Source: a bacterium (GTDB lineage: Bacteria; UBA8248). From it: a stretch of 64,000 bases of DNA. Positions 1 to 12,559 of the stretch are shown in pieces. The position numbers and the translations under genes are program-made. Under the pieces are notes generated by a model. The model was not told the DNA's origin. It saw nothing but the letters and a program-made list of their open reading frames with translations, and searched no databases. The first letter of the stretch is position 1, and each line of letters begins with the position of its first letter. The stretch spans positions 896,001 to 960,000 of the forward strand of contig CBDCRP010000003.1 in NCBI GenBank assembly GCA_965221165.1, in the 5' to 3' direction.

Positions 1-2
1 TG

Positions 3-401
3 GCGACAGCAATCCAAATCGGTAATCCGGTAAGCATCGAGAGAGCCATCAGAACCCTGAAAGCATTCGAGGGCTCCGTGGAACAGGCGAGCGAAGAGGA
101 ATTGGCCAACGCTGCTGCCCGCGCGGACAGAACCGGAATGTACAACTGTCCCCAGACCGGCGTGGCATTGGCCGCCCTTGAAAAAATAATCGCGCGTGGA
201 GAAATAAATCCCAAAGACCGGGTCGTAGTCATCTCTACGGCGCACGGGCTAAAATTCACTGAATTCAAGGTCAATTATCACAAAAAAGAAATTCCGGGTT
301 TTGATAGCCGATTCGCGAATACTCCCATTGAGCTTCCAGAAGATATCAACGCGGTTCAAGATGTAATCGAGAAAAAACTTGGAGCATTGTCCGTCACGTA
401 A
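3..401 (+). CDS. thrC: Threonine synthase, C-terminal part (5' truncated by window)
   Basis: Frame open from position 3: [11 protein letters not shown]...[10 protein letters not shown]...[11 protein letters not shown], typical threonine synthase C-terminal motifs. Confidence 0.9.
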   Translation, partial: ATAIQIGNPVSIERAIRTLKAFEGSVEQASEEELANAAARADRTGMYNCPQTGVALAALEKIIARGEINPKDRVVVISTAHGLKFTEFKVNYHKKEIPGFDSRFANTPIELPEDINAVQDVIEKKLGALSVT

Positions 402-434
402 CACCCATTTGCTTTTCGTTTCCTCGTTCTGCTA

Positions 435-1613
435 ATGCAACAACAGGAGATGAGTACATTGTCGAAAAACATGAGGAGAGATGAGCGCCATCAGCCGAAA
501 AACTCGCTTGCGCCACCGATTTTTCAAACCGCGACATTTACTTTTGACAACTCAGATGATTTAGAAGCCTTTCACAGTGGCGAGAAAGACGCGTTTTTCT
601 ATTCACGATATGGAAACCCGACAAACGCATCCGCCGAACGCCGGCTCGCCCTCATGGAAGGCGCGGAAGCCTCCCTCTTATTCGCCAGCGGTATGGCGGC
701 CGTCACTTCCGTGTTCCTCTCACTCCTGGCGCCAGAAGCGCGAATCGTCATCCCGCGAGAATCCTATAGGCATACCAGGGACATCGCAGAGGGTCTCCTT
801 TCACGGTACGGGGTATACGTTGATATCCTGGCGGAGAATTCGGTGGAATCCTTAAGAGCGCTCCCTCACGAGCAAGTTCGGGTGTTGTTCGCAGAAATTC
901 CTTCCAACCCCACGTTACGCATACCCGATATCGAGAAAATGGCTGAATGGGCCTCCGAAAGAAAAGCCAGGTTCATTGTAGACTCGACCATCGCATCCCC
1001 CGCTTTGTTTCGCCCGCTGGAGCATGGAGCCGATTTAGCTGTTCAAAGCGCGACGAAATATATCGGCGGACACAACGACGTCATCGCGGGTGCGGTTTCA
1101 GGCCGCCTGGGCATAATAGACGCGCTACGTGAACAACAAGCTTTGCTGGGTTCCATTCTCGGGCCGCAGGAGGCATTTTTGCTTGAAAGAGGATTGAAAA
1201 CGCTCGAATTGCGCGTGGGGCGTATTAGTGACACGGCTCTGAAATTAGCCGAATTTCTTTCAAGCCACTCCAAGGTGTCCCGTGTCCATTACCCTGGCCT
1301 CGAGTCTCATCCGGATCATACACAGGCCGTTAAATATATGGGTGCTTTCGGCGGGTTGGTCAGCTTTGAAATCCATGGCGACCCGGAAAAAGCCGACAAA
1401 CTCGTGAATTCTCTGCAAATTCCTGTATTTGCTCCCGGCTTCGGCGGCACGGAGAGTCAAGTAGAGCATCACGTAAAGATGGCATATGCAGATATTGGAA
1501 TAGAAGGCGCCGGGAACCGGGGCGTTTCCGCAGGATTGATTCGGTATTCCGTGGGACTCGAGGATTTTGAGGTTTTGAGAGACGACCTCAGCGAAGGGCT
1601 CAAAAAACTATAG
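435..1613 (+). CDS. PLP-dependent transsulfuration enzyme (cystathionine gamma-synthase/Met gamma-lyase family)
   Basis: PIFQTATF, YSRYGNPT, FASGMAA, SATKYIGGHND (PLP lysine), IRYSVGLED; adjacent to thrC, so MetB-like function is plausible. Confidence 0.88.
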   Translation: MQQQEMSTLSKNMRRDERHQPKNSLAPPIFQTATFTFDNSDDLEAFHSGEKDAFFYSRYGNPTNASAERRLALMEGAEASLLFASGMAAVTSVFLSLLAPEARIVIPRESYRHTRDIAEGLLSRYGVYVDILAENSVESLRALPHEQVRVLFAEIPSNPTLRIPDIEKMAEWASERKARFIVDSTIASPALFRPLEHGADLAVQSATKYIGGHNDVIAGAVSGRLGIIDALREQQALLGSILGPQEAFLLERGLKTLELRVGRISDTALKLAEFLSSHSKVSRVHYPGLESHPDHTQAVKYMGAFGGLVSFEIHGDPEKADKLVNSLQIPVFAPGFGGTESQVEHHVKMAYADIGIEGAGNRGVSAGLIRYSVGLEDFEVLRDDLSEGLKKL

Positions 1614-1615
1614 AA

Positions 1616-2257
1616 TCAACTCTTGCTGCGTATACGTTTGGGGGCCCGTTCGGTAAGCCAGCGGGTGCGCACCCACATTTTCTTTCCTTCCCAACGGCCT
1701 GATTTCACCTGAACTCTGGTAAAACCGCGTCTGTCGCTGGAAATAACGGCTACGAGCGTTCCTGGTTTGAGTTTGTATGGATAACGGGAGCTACGCGGAT
1801 CGTTATAGCCCCCTGCATAACTAAGCAATAGTCCCCGATATGTGCGGCGAATATATCTGGCGCCCATGGCGGTTTCGTTTTGGCCGGCAGGTTTCCGGGC
1901 CGATTCTTTTTTTCGATTCGGCTTTGCGTAATCCGCCATCTTGGTGGGCTTTCTATTCAGTTCCTTCACTGTTTTCTCTACAGTTGACACTGCATGACGA
2001 ATCTGCAACTTAAATTCATTCAATGACTTGCCATGATTCGCCAAAATTTGCGTATGCGCCAGAAGCTGGCTGCGGACCGCGTTGACTTCTCTCTGGTTTC
2101 TTTCTTTATCCTCATTGTAATCAGCTTGCATCACAACCAAATTACAGCCAGAAAGCATCATCATGAACACGCAAATAAGCACCATGCGTAACTGGGGGTA
2201 TTTTTCGTTCCGCGACTTGATTTGTCGACTATGCTTCCGGCTCATACCGGGTACCAT
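1616..2257 (-). CDS. Hypothetical lipoprotein with coiled-coil and possible SH3-like C-terminal domain
   Basis: Hydrophobic stretch ending LSGC (lipobox); C-terminal LKPGTLVAVI...TRVQV...GKKMWVRTRWL resembles bacterial SH3b; true start may be downstream. Confidence 0.55.
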   Translation of the reverse strand: MVPGMSRKHSRQIKSRNEKYPQLRMVLICVFMMMLSGCNLVVMQADYNEDKERNQREVNAVRSQLLAHTQILANHGKSLNEFKLQIRHAVSTVEKTVKELNRKPTKMADYAKPNRKKESARKPAGQNETAMGARYIRRTYRGLLLSYAGGYNDPRSSRYPYKLKPGTLVAVISSDRRGFTRVQVKSGRWEGKKMWVRTRWLTERAPKRIRSKS

Positions 2258-3075
2258 CCCTCGATAGGTGGCATGACGACCAATTCGCTATTCAACTCGG
2301 CCACTCCGTCATATTCTCTGGCAATTGATTCAGCCAATTCTTTTTCTTCATCGCTATTGACGCGTCCGTGTAAAAATAATTCACCGGGTCCGAGACAGTC
2401 CACGACAATGCCACTCGCATCAATGCGCTCATCCGTCATGATTGTCGCTTTGATCTTCTGCGCAAAAGCCAGATTTTGGAGCTTTTGAGATCCTGATGGC
2501 TGAGATTCCGAGAATTGCTCACTTTGCAATATATTCACCAGCAACCGTATCGACATTTCCTCATTGAACAACCCGGTATTTAATATGAGATCAAAATGAC
2601 TTGGATCTCCCCATCGGACATCGAAAAAATGACGCGTATACGCCATCCTTTCATCATCGTTATGACGTATGAACTGCTCCGCCATAGATAGGGTAATTCC
2701 CTCGTTATTCACCAATGTCCGTTGCCGATAATCTCGAGGAGCTACTATCCGCGCTCGAAACACACTTTCGATTCCCTCGAGGAGTATATGGGAGCCGCGG
2801 CCCAGAATGACGAAATTATTTTTCAAGGCCGATTCATACACGATGGCGCGCATGATATCGAGATATACAAGTTGTCTGTCCCGAAAAAAGCGGTCTACCA
2901 AACCGGGCTTTCTCTCATCCACTTGCTCCAGTTCGGCTCGAACATAACCATACGATTGTGCGGCATCCGCAAATCCATCGTTATCCAACAGGGACCAGCC
3001 CAACTCTTGCGCAACTTTCTTCCCTATAGCATCACCACCGCTTCCAAGCTCTCTTGAGATTGTCAGAACACCCAT
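2242..3075 (-). CDS. Cytidylate kinase-like family protein with C-terminal BON domain
   Basis: TISRELGSGG P-loop, ILGRG, YDL/FDLILNT; C-terminal LHGRVNSDEEKELAESIAREYDGVAELNSEL is BON-like. Confidence 0.8.
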   Translation of the reverse strand: MGVLTISRELGSGGDAIGKKVAQELGWSLLDNDGFADAAQSYGYVRAELEQVDERKPGLVDRFFRDRQLVYLDIMRAIVYESALKNNFVILGRGSHILLEGIESVFRARIVAPRDYRQRTLVNNEGITLSMAEQFIRHNDDERMAYTRHFFDVRWGDPSHFDLILNTGLFNEEMSIRLLVNILQSEQFSESQPSGSQKLQNLAFAQKIKATIMTDERIDASGIVVDCLGPGELFLHGRVNSDEEKELAESIAREYDGVAELNSELVVMPPIEGWYPV

Positions 3076-3191
3076 TTCTCAACCCTCCACACTAAGGGTG
3101 GCGCCACCAATGGGGCGGGATGCATAATGTTTCCACATCCCTTCATACCATTTGTCTCGAACTATCGCATCAGTCTGGTCGTTTGCGGCTA

Positions 3192-4973
3192 TCATTTACG
3201 ACTCGCCTTCTTGAATTTTTCCAGTTGCAGACGAAAATAGCGATTTCCGGGCGCTATTTCAATCGCCCTCTGAATAAGTGGAAGCGCCTTCACGGATTGT
3301 CCGCTCCGATAATATAGTTCCGCGAGAGTATCCAAGTATGCCGGCGTATCAGGCTGGACTTCCAGCGAACGTCTCGAAAGCTTGATGCCGTGTTCCAGTT
3401 CTTTTTTTTCCGTCGCATGAAACCATGCCAAACGATTCAACGCCGGTGCTGAATTTTTGTCTATTTCGAGTACCCGCATGAACACCTTCTTCGACTCTTC
3501 GGATTTCCCGATTTCCCAAAGAAAAACGCCAAACTCAACCAAAGCGAGAGACGAGCGCGGGTTCTTCTCCAGCAAATCCGAAAGTATTTTATGCGCGAGT
3601 TCTTTTCGACCCCTTGATTTGTGAAGTTTGGCGATGCGAATTCTCATCTCGATGTCGTTCGAGTCCAACTCACCCGCTTTCTCGTATAGGGAAATCGCAG
3701 CTTTGTCTCTACCTATAGATTCCAAAAGAGCACCCAGACGAACATAACCATCCAACCAGTCGGGGGATAATGAAACAACTTTCTCATAAGCCAGAATTGC
3801 TTCATCGGTACGGTTCATTTCAACCAAAGCAGCGCCCAGCAAGAAATGGAATCTCGGATTATCCGGTATTTTTTCGATAGCGTCCTTGAGTAAGCTTACA
3901 GCTTGCGCCGGACGCTTGTCGGATATAAAGCGCTCCGCATCTATCAAAATCCGGGTCGGCTCCAGGGCGCGATTCGCAGGGCCGGTTGATTTGGGCTGAA
4001 CGGAATGGGCACGTGATTCAACAATCCGAAGCCGCCTTTTCAAGACAATATCCTCGGGTTCACGTCGATAAGCTTCTCTATATATTTCCAGCGCTTTCGA
4101 GAATTGCCCACTGCGAACATACAAATCACCGAGGAGGATCATGGCTTCTATATGCCCCGGAGTGCGTTGGAGCAAAGATTGTATTTCACGTATAGCGTCT
4201 CGGGAATGGTTTTGCTGCGCAAGGATTTTCGCCAAGCGGTATCGGGCGACATTCTGGCGGCTCCCCTTGAGCCCCAATGCTTTTTTCAAACTAGTGACCG
4301 CTTTATCGAACTCCCCTTTACTTTCATATTGCGCCGCTTCTGCAATATACCTTCTCTGTTGCCGTTCGGCCTTGAGTTTCAGGTTTTCCGGGGCGCTGGG
4401 CTCCAGCCATTCGCCAACTCTCGCCTCCCAAATTGCGTCGAGGCGCTTCCAGATATTGCGAAAATAATCCGGAGATTCACGAGAAATCGCCGTGGAGGCA
4501 ATACCAGCAGCTAAAAGCAACACCAGCCCCGCCGCAATTTGCATGCCCCTTTTCGAAATCCTCGGCTTGGGCGCAGGCACTCGCTCGATACCGAGCATCA
4601 TCAATTTGCCCTCAAACTTTGCTTCTGGATCTATATGAATCTTGGGAGCCGTCACATTTCCCTGGTGAGAACATCCGGCTTTGAATTCAACACGATTTTC
4701 CGCATGTATAGAGCCTTTCGTTTGGCCATAATTCACCAGTTCCGTTGCATGGATTTCTCCTTCGGTCTTTCCTGTCTGGGTAATCTCAAGATGGCCGTCG
4801 CCCTGGATTTCGCCTTTGAACTCACCTTCCACGAGAACTTTACCGGTGAAACGCAGCGAACCTTCCAGGCGCGCATCGGCGCCTACAAAAGAAAGTTTAG
4901 GCTGCAGACGAGAAAGCGGGCTTTTATATTGCACGGGACTCTTCCCACAAAAGTGTTCATTTGAAATTTTCAA
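3192..4973 (-). CDS. Bactofilin (polymer-forming) domain - TM helix - TPR repeat protein
   Basis: N-terminal beta-helix pattern (SFVGADARLEGSLRFTGKVLVEGEFKGEI...GNVTAPKIHIDPEAKFEG), one TM (IAAGLVLLLAAGIA), many TPR repeats ending ALNRLAW...YLDTLAELY. Confidence 0.8.
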   Translation of the reverse strand: MKISNEHFCGKSPVQYKSPLSRLQPKLSFVGADARLEGSLRFTGKVLVEGEFKGEIQGDGHLEITQTGKTEGEIHATELVNYGQTKGSIHAENRVEFKAGCSHQGNVTAPKIHIDPEAKFEGKLMMLGIERVPAPKPRISKRGMQIAAGLVLLLAAGIASTAISRESPDYFRNIWKRLDAIWEARVGEWLEPSAPENLKLKAERQQRRYIAEAAQYESKGEFDKAVTSLKKALGLKGSRQNVARYRLAKILAQQNHSRDAIREIQSLLQRTPGHIEAMILLGDLYVRSGQFSKALEIYREAYRREPEDIVLKRRLRIVESRAHSVQPKSTGPANRALEPTRILIDAERFISDKRPAQAVSLLKDAIEKIPDNPRFHFLLGAALVEMNRTDEAILAYEKVVSLSPDWLDGYVRLGALLESIGRDKAAISLYEKAGELDSNDIEMRIRIAKLHKSRGRKELAHKILSDLLEKNPRSSLALVEFGVFLWEIGKSEESKKVFMRVLEIDKNSAPALNRLAWFHATEKKELEHGIKLSRRSLEVQPDTPAYLDTLAELYYRSGQSVKALPLIQRAIEIAPGNRYFRLQLEKFKKASRK

Positions 4974-5096
4974 TCAACCAATACGAATTATATCTTACCA
5001 AAATGTTGAAAAGTTGCGCCAATTTATATTTCCCATCCAAATCGGCGGTTGGAGGGCAGGTGAAATCCCAAAACTTCCACCCCACCCATCGTAGAG

Positions 5097-5141
5097 AAAA
5101 AGCGATCCTGCGCGGCTAGCGGCCGGCAGGACGCGCTTTTC
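5097..5141. terminator. GC-rich hairpin flanked by A- and T-tracts (possible bidirectional terminator)
   Basis: aaaaAGCGaTCCTGCgCGGC-tagcg-GCCGGCAGGAcgCGCTttt, between kdsA and the bactofilin-TPR gene. Confidence 0.35.
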
Positions 5142-5418
5142 GCCGCATCGGCATAAAGAGACGTGCTACCGCCTCCGGGCAGCCCAAGCAGTCTTGGGTG
5201 ACCGGGTTTTCCCCTCATTTTCATTACTTTTTTTGAAATTCAGCGTTTTTCACGATTCCGCCGGCGAACCAAACCATGCGCAACTTTCGTGACGGGGCAA
5301 TGACGCAGAATCACCTCGCGCCGAGGAATGGATTTCATATCGAGCGCAAGACGACGTCAACAGCGCGCAAGAGAGGAAAAAACCTGCGATAAAAAGATGA
5401 GACGGATTTCTCTGAATT

Positions 5419-6252
5419 TTATTGCGCGCCGAGGCGCGCCGCATCTATCGCCTGTAAAGAGATGAGAAGCGGGTACAGACCTTCGATATCCAACATATTC
5501 GGGCCATCGGATAATGCTTCATCCGGTTCCGGGTGACATTCGAGGAAAAAAGCGTCGACGCCCACGCCCGCCGCGGCGCGCGCAAGATGAGGAACCATGC
5601 TTCTGTCCCCTCCTGAACTTTCCCCGAGTCCGCCTGGCGACTGAACGCTGTGTGTCGCGTCGAAAACTACGGGATATCCGGATTCGCGCATCTGCACGAG
5701 CGAACGCATATCGGAAACCAGGTTGTGGTAGCCGAAACTGGTCCCTCTCTCCGTAAGAAGTATTTGCCGACAACCCGCTTCTTCGAGTTTTCCTACTACG
5801 TTTCTCATATCCTCGGGCGCCATGAACTGCCCTTTTTTCACGTTTACGGGCTTCCCCGTTCGTCCGGCTGCATGGAGGAGATCCGTTTGTCGGCACAAAA
5901 AAGCGGGTATCTGGATAGCGTCCAAAACGTGGGCCGCTCGTTCGGCCTCCTCCGGGCTATGCACGTCCGACATCACCGGAAGGCCGGTTTCGCGCCTCAC
6001 CAATTCGAGTATTTCCAATCCCTCATCGATGCCGGGGCCGCGCGGTGACTTCCCCGAGCTGCGATTCGCCTTGTCATACGAGGCCTTGAAAACCCCGCCG
6101 ATACCACATCTGTCTACCGCATCTTTTACCTTTTCGGCGCACGTTCTGGTTATTTCTTCGCTCTCGATCAGGCAGGGCCCCGCGATGACGCATATCGATC
6201 CTTGTGCGCCGAAGGCCACGTCCCCGATTCTTGCAATTTTTGTTTTCGCCAT
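5419..6252 (-). CDS. kdsA: 3-deoxy-8-phosphooctulonate (KDO8P) synthase
   Basis: IAGPCLIES, FKASYDKANRSS, QIPAFLCRQTDL, NVKKGQF, FDATHSVQ, ECHPEP..SDG; start taken at MAKTKI. Confidence 0.96.
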   Translation of the reverse strand: MAKTKIARIGDVAFGAQGSICVIAGPCLIESEEITRTCAEKVKDAVDRCGIGGVFKASYDKANRSSGKSPRGPGIDEGLEILELVRRETGLPVMSDVHSPEEAERAAHVLDAIQIPAFLCRQTDLLHAAGRTGKPVNVKKGQFMAPEDMRNVVGKLEEAGCRQILLTERGTSFGYHNLVSDMRSLVQMRESGYPVVFDATHSVQSPGGLGESSGGDRSMVPHLARAAAGVGVDAFFLECHPEPDEALSDGPNMLDIEGLYPLLISLQAIDAARLGAQ

Positions 6253-6303
6253 ACTCTTATCTTTTCCAGGCCTCATCCCGCATGGACGGCATGAAAGGAC
6301 ACA

Positions 6304-8735
<2,432 letters not shown>

Positions 8736-8747
8736 CCATGACGCCGT

Positions 8748-10166
8748 CTAATACGCATTTTTATTTATCAACCCCTTCCAGAGGGTGAACCATAAAATTT
8801 TGACGTCAAAACCCAGGGACCAGTTCTCGATATAGTGTAAATCGAATTCGATTCTTTTTTCTATCGACGTGTTTCCGCGCCACCCATTCACCTGCGCCCA
8901 ACCCGTCATCCCGGACTTCATCTTATGGCGCAGCATGTAATCGGGAACGGATGCCCTGAATTCCTCCACAAACCCCGGACGCTCGGGCCTCGGGCCCACG
9001 AGGCTCATTTCGCCGCGCAACACGTTGAACAACTGCGGCAGCTCATCGAGACTCGTCTTTCTGAGGATAGCGCCGACCCGGGTGCGCCGCTCATCGTCTT
9101 TCCGGGCCCAGGCCGGGCCTGATTCCGCCTCGGCATCCACCCTCATGGAACGAAACTTGTACATGCGAAACCGGACGCCGTCCAGACCCATTCTCTCCTG
9201 GTGATACAGAACGGGACCGGGGCTCGTCCATTTCACGATGAGCGCGATGACCGACATGAGCGGACCGAGAACGAGCAGCGCCAGAATGCCCAGAAAATAA
9301 TCCACCACCACCTTCGCCCAGCGATTCCAACCCAGAAGAGGGGTCTGCGACAAGAGGATCACCGGCAAGCCGTCGAGTTCTTCGATTCCGGCGTTCAGCC
9401 GCATGTGTTCGACGATATCGGGCACCAGGCGGACGTCGACGCTCGAATCCCCCAGAGCGTTCAACAATTCCTCTTGCGCGGCGCGCAAATCCGGAGGAAG
9501 CGCCACGTAGACTTCATGGATTCTCTCTTGCGCCACGACTTCGCGCACCTCCCCGAGTTTTCCCAGCACGGGCGCGTCTTCCGCAGCATCCCCCTCGGAG
9601 AGATATCCCACAACCTGAAAACCAAGATATCGATACGTCTCCAAATGGGTGGCGACCCGGTGGGCGAGGGAGTTTGTTCCCGCGATGAGGATGCGCCGCA
9701 CGTCCACGCCCCGGCGCCTCAAGCGGCGAATGAAGGACCAAACCAACCGCCGAACCAGAAAAAGAAAAACAGGCCCCAGGCACATGAAAAGAATTACCAA
9801 CAGACGGCTGTAGCTTTGTTTTCGATAGAAAAACGTGAAGAAGACGAAGAACAGAACCGTCCATGCCAATGTGCTCGTGAGACGAACGATTTCCTGGGTA
9901 CTCTCGAGCCCGGCCCGGTACTGGTACAAATGCGATATTCCCGAGGCGAGAAGCCAGGTGAGGAGAATTACGGGAAGCGAAACCAGATAAACGCTGAAGT
10001 CAGGGTACCCGAAGGGAACGGGAATTATCTCCACGACGAAACGCAGCCAGTACGCTGCGAACCAGGCCAAAACCAGCGCGATGACGTCTCCCCCGAAAAG
10101 AAAGAGCGCATTCAACTGCCCGTATTTGCGCAGCACGACCTCACATTCCTTGTCGAGTCCGGCCAA
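8748..10166 (-). CDS. Undecaprenyl-phosphate glucose phosphotransferase (WcaJ/WbaP family)
   Basis: N-terminal TMs, CoA-binding-like middle, FRMYKFRSM, LRKTSLDELPQLFNVLRGEMSLVGPRPER, GMTGWAQVNG. Confidence 0.92.
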   Translation of the reverse strand: MAGLDKECEVVLRKYGQLNALFLFGGDVIALVLAWFAAYWLRFVVEIIPVPFGYPDFSVYLVSLPVILLTWLLASGISHLYQYRAGLESTQEIVRLTSTLAWTVLFFVFFTFFYRKQSYSRLLVILFMCLGPVFLFLVRRLVWSFIRRLRRRGVDVRRILIAGTNSLAHRVATHLETYRYLGFQVVGYLSEGDAAEDAPVLGKLGEVREVVAQERIHEVYVALPPDLRAAQEELLNALGDSSVDVRLVPDIVEHMRLNAGIEELDGLPVILLSQTPLLGWNRWAKVVVDYFLGILALLVLGPLMSVIALIVKWTSPGPVLYHQERMGLDGVRFRMYKFRSMRVDAEAESGPAWARKDDERRTRVGAILRKTSLDELPQLFNVLRGEMSLVGPRPERPGFVEEFRASVPDYMLRHKMKSGMTGWAQVNGWRGNTSIEKRIEFDLHYIENWSLGFDVKILWFTLWKGLINKNAY

Positions 10167-10215
10167 AGATTTCTCGTGAAGTCGCTTTCAGACAGCCGTA
10201 TTTTACCAGTATTGC

Positions 10216-11412
10216 TTAGTAATTATCACTCAATCTATCCAGACGCTCCTGGTGATTCCGCCAGCCCTGCCGGAAACGCTCTCTCGCCGTATTCTTGAAA
10301 TTCTCGCGACCGAATCGCTCCGCTTGTCTGCGCGCGGCCTCGGGCGAGAATCGGCCTTCCATCTTCTCGAACGCCAGGACGGCCTCTTCGATATGCGCCG
10401 GGTCCGAATGGGCGAAAAACATTCCCGTAGGCTCCGCTTCGCCATCCCCGACTTCACCCCATGGGATGAAACCCGGCGGCGGTTCATATTCTTGCGCATT
10501 CACGCCCACAACGGTCTCGAGCGCACCGCCCGCACCCAGGGCCAGCACCGGGCGACCACATGCCTGCGCCTCTAGCGGCGTGATGCCGAAGTCCTCTTCT
10601 CCAGGAAAGATGAAGGCGCGGCACCCGCCGTAAAGCTCCCGGATGGTCTCATCATCCTGCCAGCCCAGGAATTCCACGTTGGGTTTTCCCAGCGCGCGGA
10701 CCCGCTCGAAATCCTGACCCTCTCCCACGACTTTGAGCGGACGGCCAAGCCGCCCAAACGCCTCTACCGCCACGTCGACGCGCTTGTAGGGAGCGAATCC
10801 CGTGACCATGAGGTAGTAATCCGAGGTGCGTCCGCTCCGGGAGTGGTAGAATTCCGTATCCACCGGCGGGTAGAGCACGTCCGCTTCCCTGCCGTAATAC
10901 CGGCGGATGCGCTCCGCCACCGTATGGCTGTTGGCGATAAAATCATGCACTCCCCTGTTGGCTTCGTTGTCCCACCTCCTCAGGTATTCGACGAGGGGAG
11001 GAAAAAGCCACTTGGCCGCACCACCCAAGCGCGCAGAATAGTCCTCATACCCACTCCAGGCGTAGCGCATCGGCGTATGGCAATAGTCGAGGTGGTAGGT
11101 TTCAAAGCCTCCCTTCGCTCCTTTTGCGACGCAATGCGAACTCGAAAGGATGAAGTCATATTCCCTGAGCGAGAACATCCTCACGCTCATCGGCATGAGG
11201 GGAAGCATGTGGCGATAGCGGCGCTTGATACCGGGAATCCACTGCAAGGGGCTGGTATGGATGCGGTGGCGCTCGATGGTGTCCGAAACCGAGCCCGGCA
11301 GGTGAAGCAGGGTAAAAATATCCGCCTCCGGGTATATCTCGCAAAACACTTCGAGGCATTTCTCTCCGCCTCTCATGCCCGTGAGCCAGTCGTGCACGAT
11401 CGCTACCCGCAT
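10216..11412 (-). CDS. GT4 glycosyltransferase (WbaZ-like)
   Basis: MRVAIVHDWLTGMRGGEKCL, YCHTPMRYAW, EEDFGITPLEAQACG. Confidence 0.9.
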   Translation of the reverse strand: MRVAIVHDWLTGMRGGEKCLEVFCEIYPEADIFTLLHLPGSVSDTIERHRIHTSPLQWIPGIKRRYRHMLPLMPMSVRMFSLREYDFILSSSHCVAKGAKGGFETYHLDYCHTPMRYAWSGYEDYSARLGGAAKWLFPPLVEYLRRWDNEANRGVHDFIANSHTVAERIRRYYGREADVLYPPVDTEFYHSRSGRTSDYYLMVTGFAPYKRVDVAVEAFGRLGRPLKVVGEGQDFERVRALGKPNVEFLGWQDDETIRELYGGCRAFIFPGEEDFGITPLEAQACGRPVLALGAGGALETVVGVNAQEYEPPPGFIPWGEVGDGEAEPTGMFFAHSDPAHIEEAVLAFEKMEGRFSPEAARRQAERFGRENFKNTARERFRQGWRNHQERLDRLSDNY

Positions 11413-11428
11413 GTCTGCTCCTGAGGTC

Positions 11429-12559
11429 TCACGGCCTGAAGACAGATGGCGAGGCGGGAATTCTCCCAGGCGAACACAAAAGGGCGTCGCAGTAGGCGCG
11501 CTGCGTTTCGGCGGCGAGTTTTTCCCAATGGAAAAAGCGCGCCCGCTCTTTCGATTTCTCAGCGAGGCCATCTCTCAGGCCCGGTTCTCTGAAGATGCGC
11601 AGCATCGCATTTCGCAGGGCGTCCTTGTCCCCCCGGGGAACGATCAGGCCGGCATCCCCGACCACTTCGGGCAGGGCGGCCGCGTCCGATACAATCGGCG
11701 GCGCGCCGCACGTCATGGCCTCCAGGGGAGGATAGCCGAACCCCTCGTAGTGAGAAGGAAACACCAGCGCCCGGGCGGAGCGATAGATTTCGGGCAACGC
11801 CTCCTGAGGCATATTTCCCAGAAACACCACCTCCTCGCCCAGGTTCAAAAAGCGTAGAACCTCACCGAGGTTCTCTCGCTCACCCGTCAGGACGAGGCGA
11901 ACCTCGCTCGTCTCTTGCAGAAGACCCGCAAAGGCGTCGAGCAGCAGATGCAGGTTCTTATGGCGTTTGTGGTTTCCCACATACAGGAAATAGGGGGTAT
12001 CGCCCAGCCTTTCCAGCGCCTCGGGTTTGGGCGTGCGCCCGTCCTCCCAGCCGGGCGGCAGGGCGTTGTGCGTCACGCGAACTTTATCATCCGGGACGCC
12101 CACGTGCTCCACGATATCGTTTTTCGTGTGCTCGGAGACGGCGAGAATCAGGCGCGCCCTTCGCGCCGTTCTCCGGATCATCCACTTCGAGGCGCGCCAA
12201 TGCAGCGGCGACGGGCAAAGCGCCGGAAACAACTGATGGATCAAATCGTGAATCGTCGCCACCATGGGCGTCTTGCCGAAGAGGGGGGCGAAATAATGAG
12301 GGTGATGTATCAAGTCCAGGCGCTCACGCTCCAGCAGTCGGGGCAGCGCCACCTGCTCGGCGAGCGAATACGGAGCCGCCCCGCAAACCAGCCGTCTGAA
12401 ATTACCGCCCAAGCCGGCGCAACTTTCCATATCCTTTTCTTGCAGGAACACGACGTACTCCGCATCGTCGTCGCGCCTGCTCAGCCCGGCAAGCAAACTT
12501 TTCAAATAGGTCCCGATGCCGCCCATCGATACCATGCGGGCGTCAATCCCTACGCGCAT
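11429..12559 (-). CDS. GT4 glycosyltransferase (mannosyltransferase-like)
   Basis: MRVGIDAR..GGIGTY, TIHDL, HKNL, FPSHYEGFGYPPLEAM. Confidence 0.9.
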   Translation of the reverse strand: MRVGIDARMVSMGGIGTYLKSLLAGLSRRDDDAEYVVFLQEKDMESCAGLGGNFRRLVCGAAPYSLAEQVALPRLLERERLDLIHHPHYFAPLFGKTPMVATIHDLIHQLFPALCPSPLHWRASKWMIRRTARRARLILAVSEHTKNDIVEHVGVPDDKVRVTHNALPPGWEDGRTPKPEALERLGDTPYFLYVGNHKRHKNLHLLLDAFAGLLQETSEVRLVLTGERENLGEVLRFLNLGEEVVFLGNMPQEALPEIYRSARALVFPSHYEGFGYPPLEAMTCGAPPIVSDAAALPEVVGDAGLIVPRGDKDALRNAMLRIFREPGLRDGLAEKSKERARFFHWEKLAAETQRAYCDALLCSPGRIPASPSVFRP

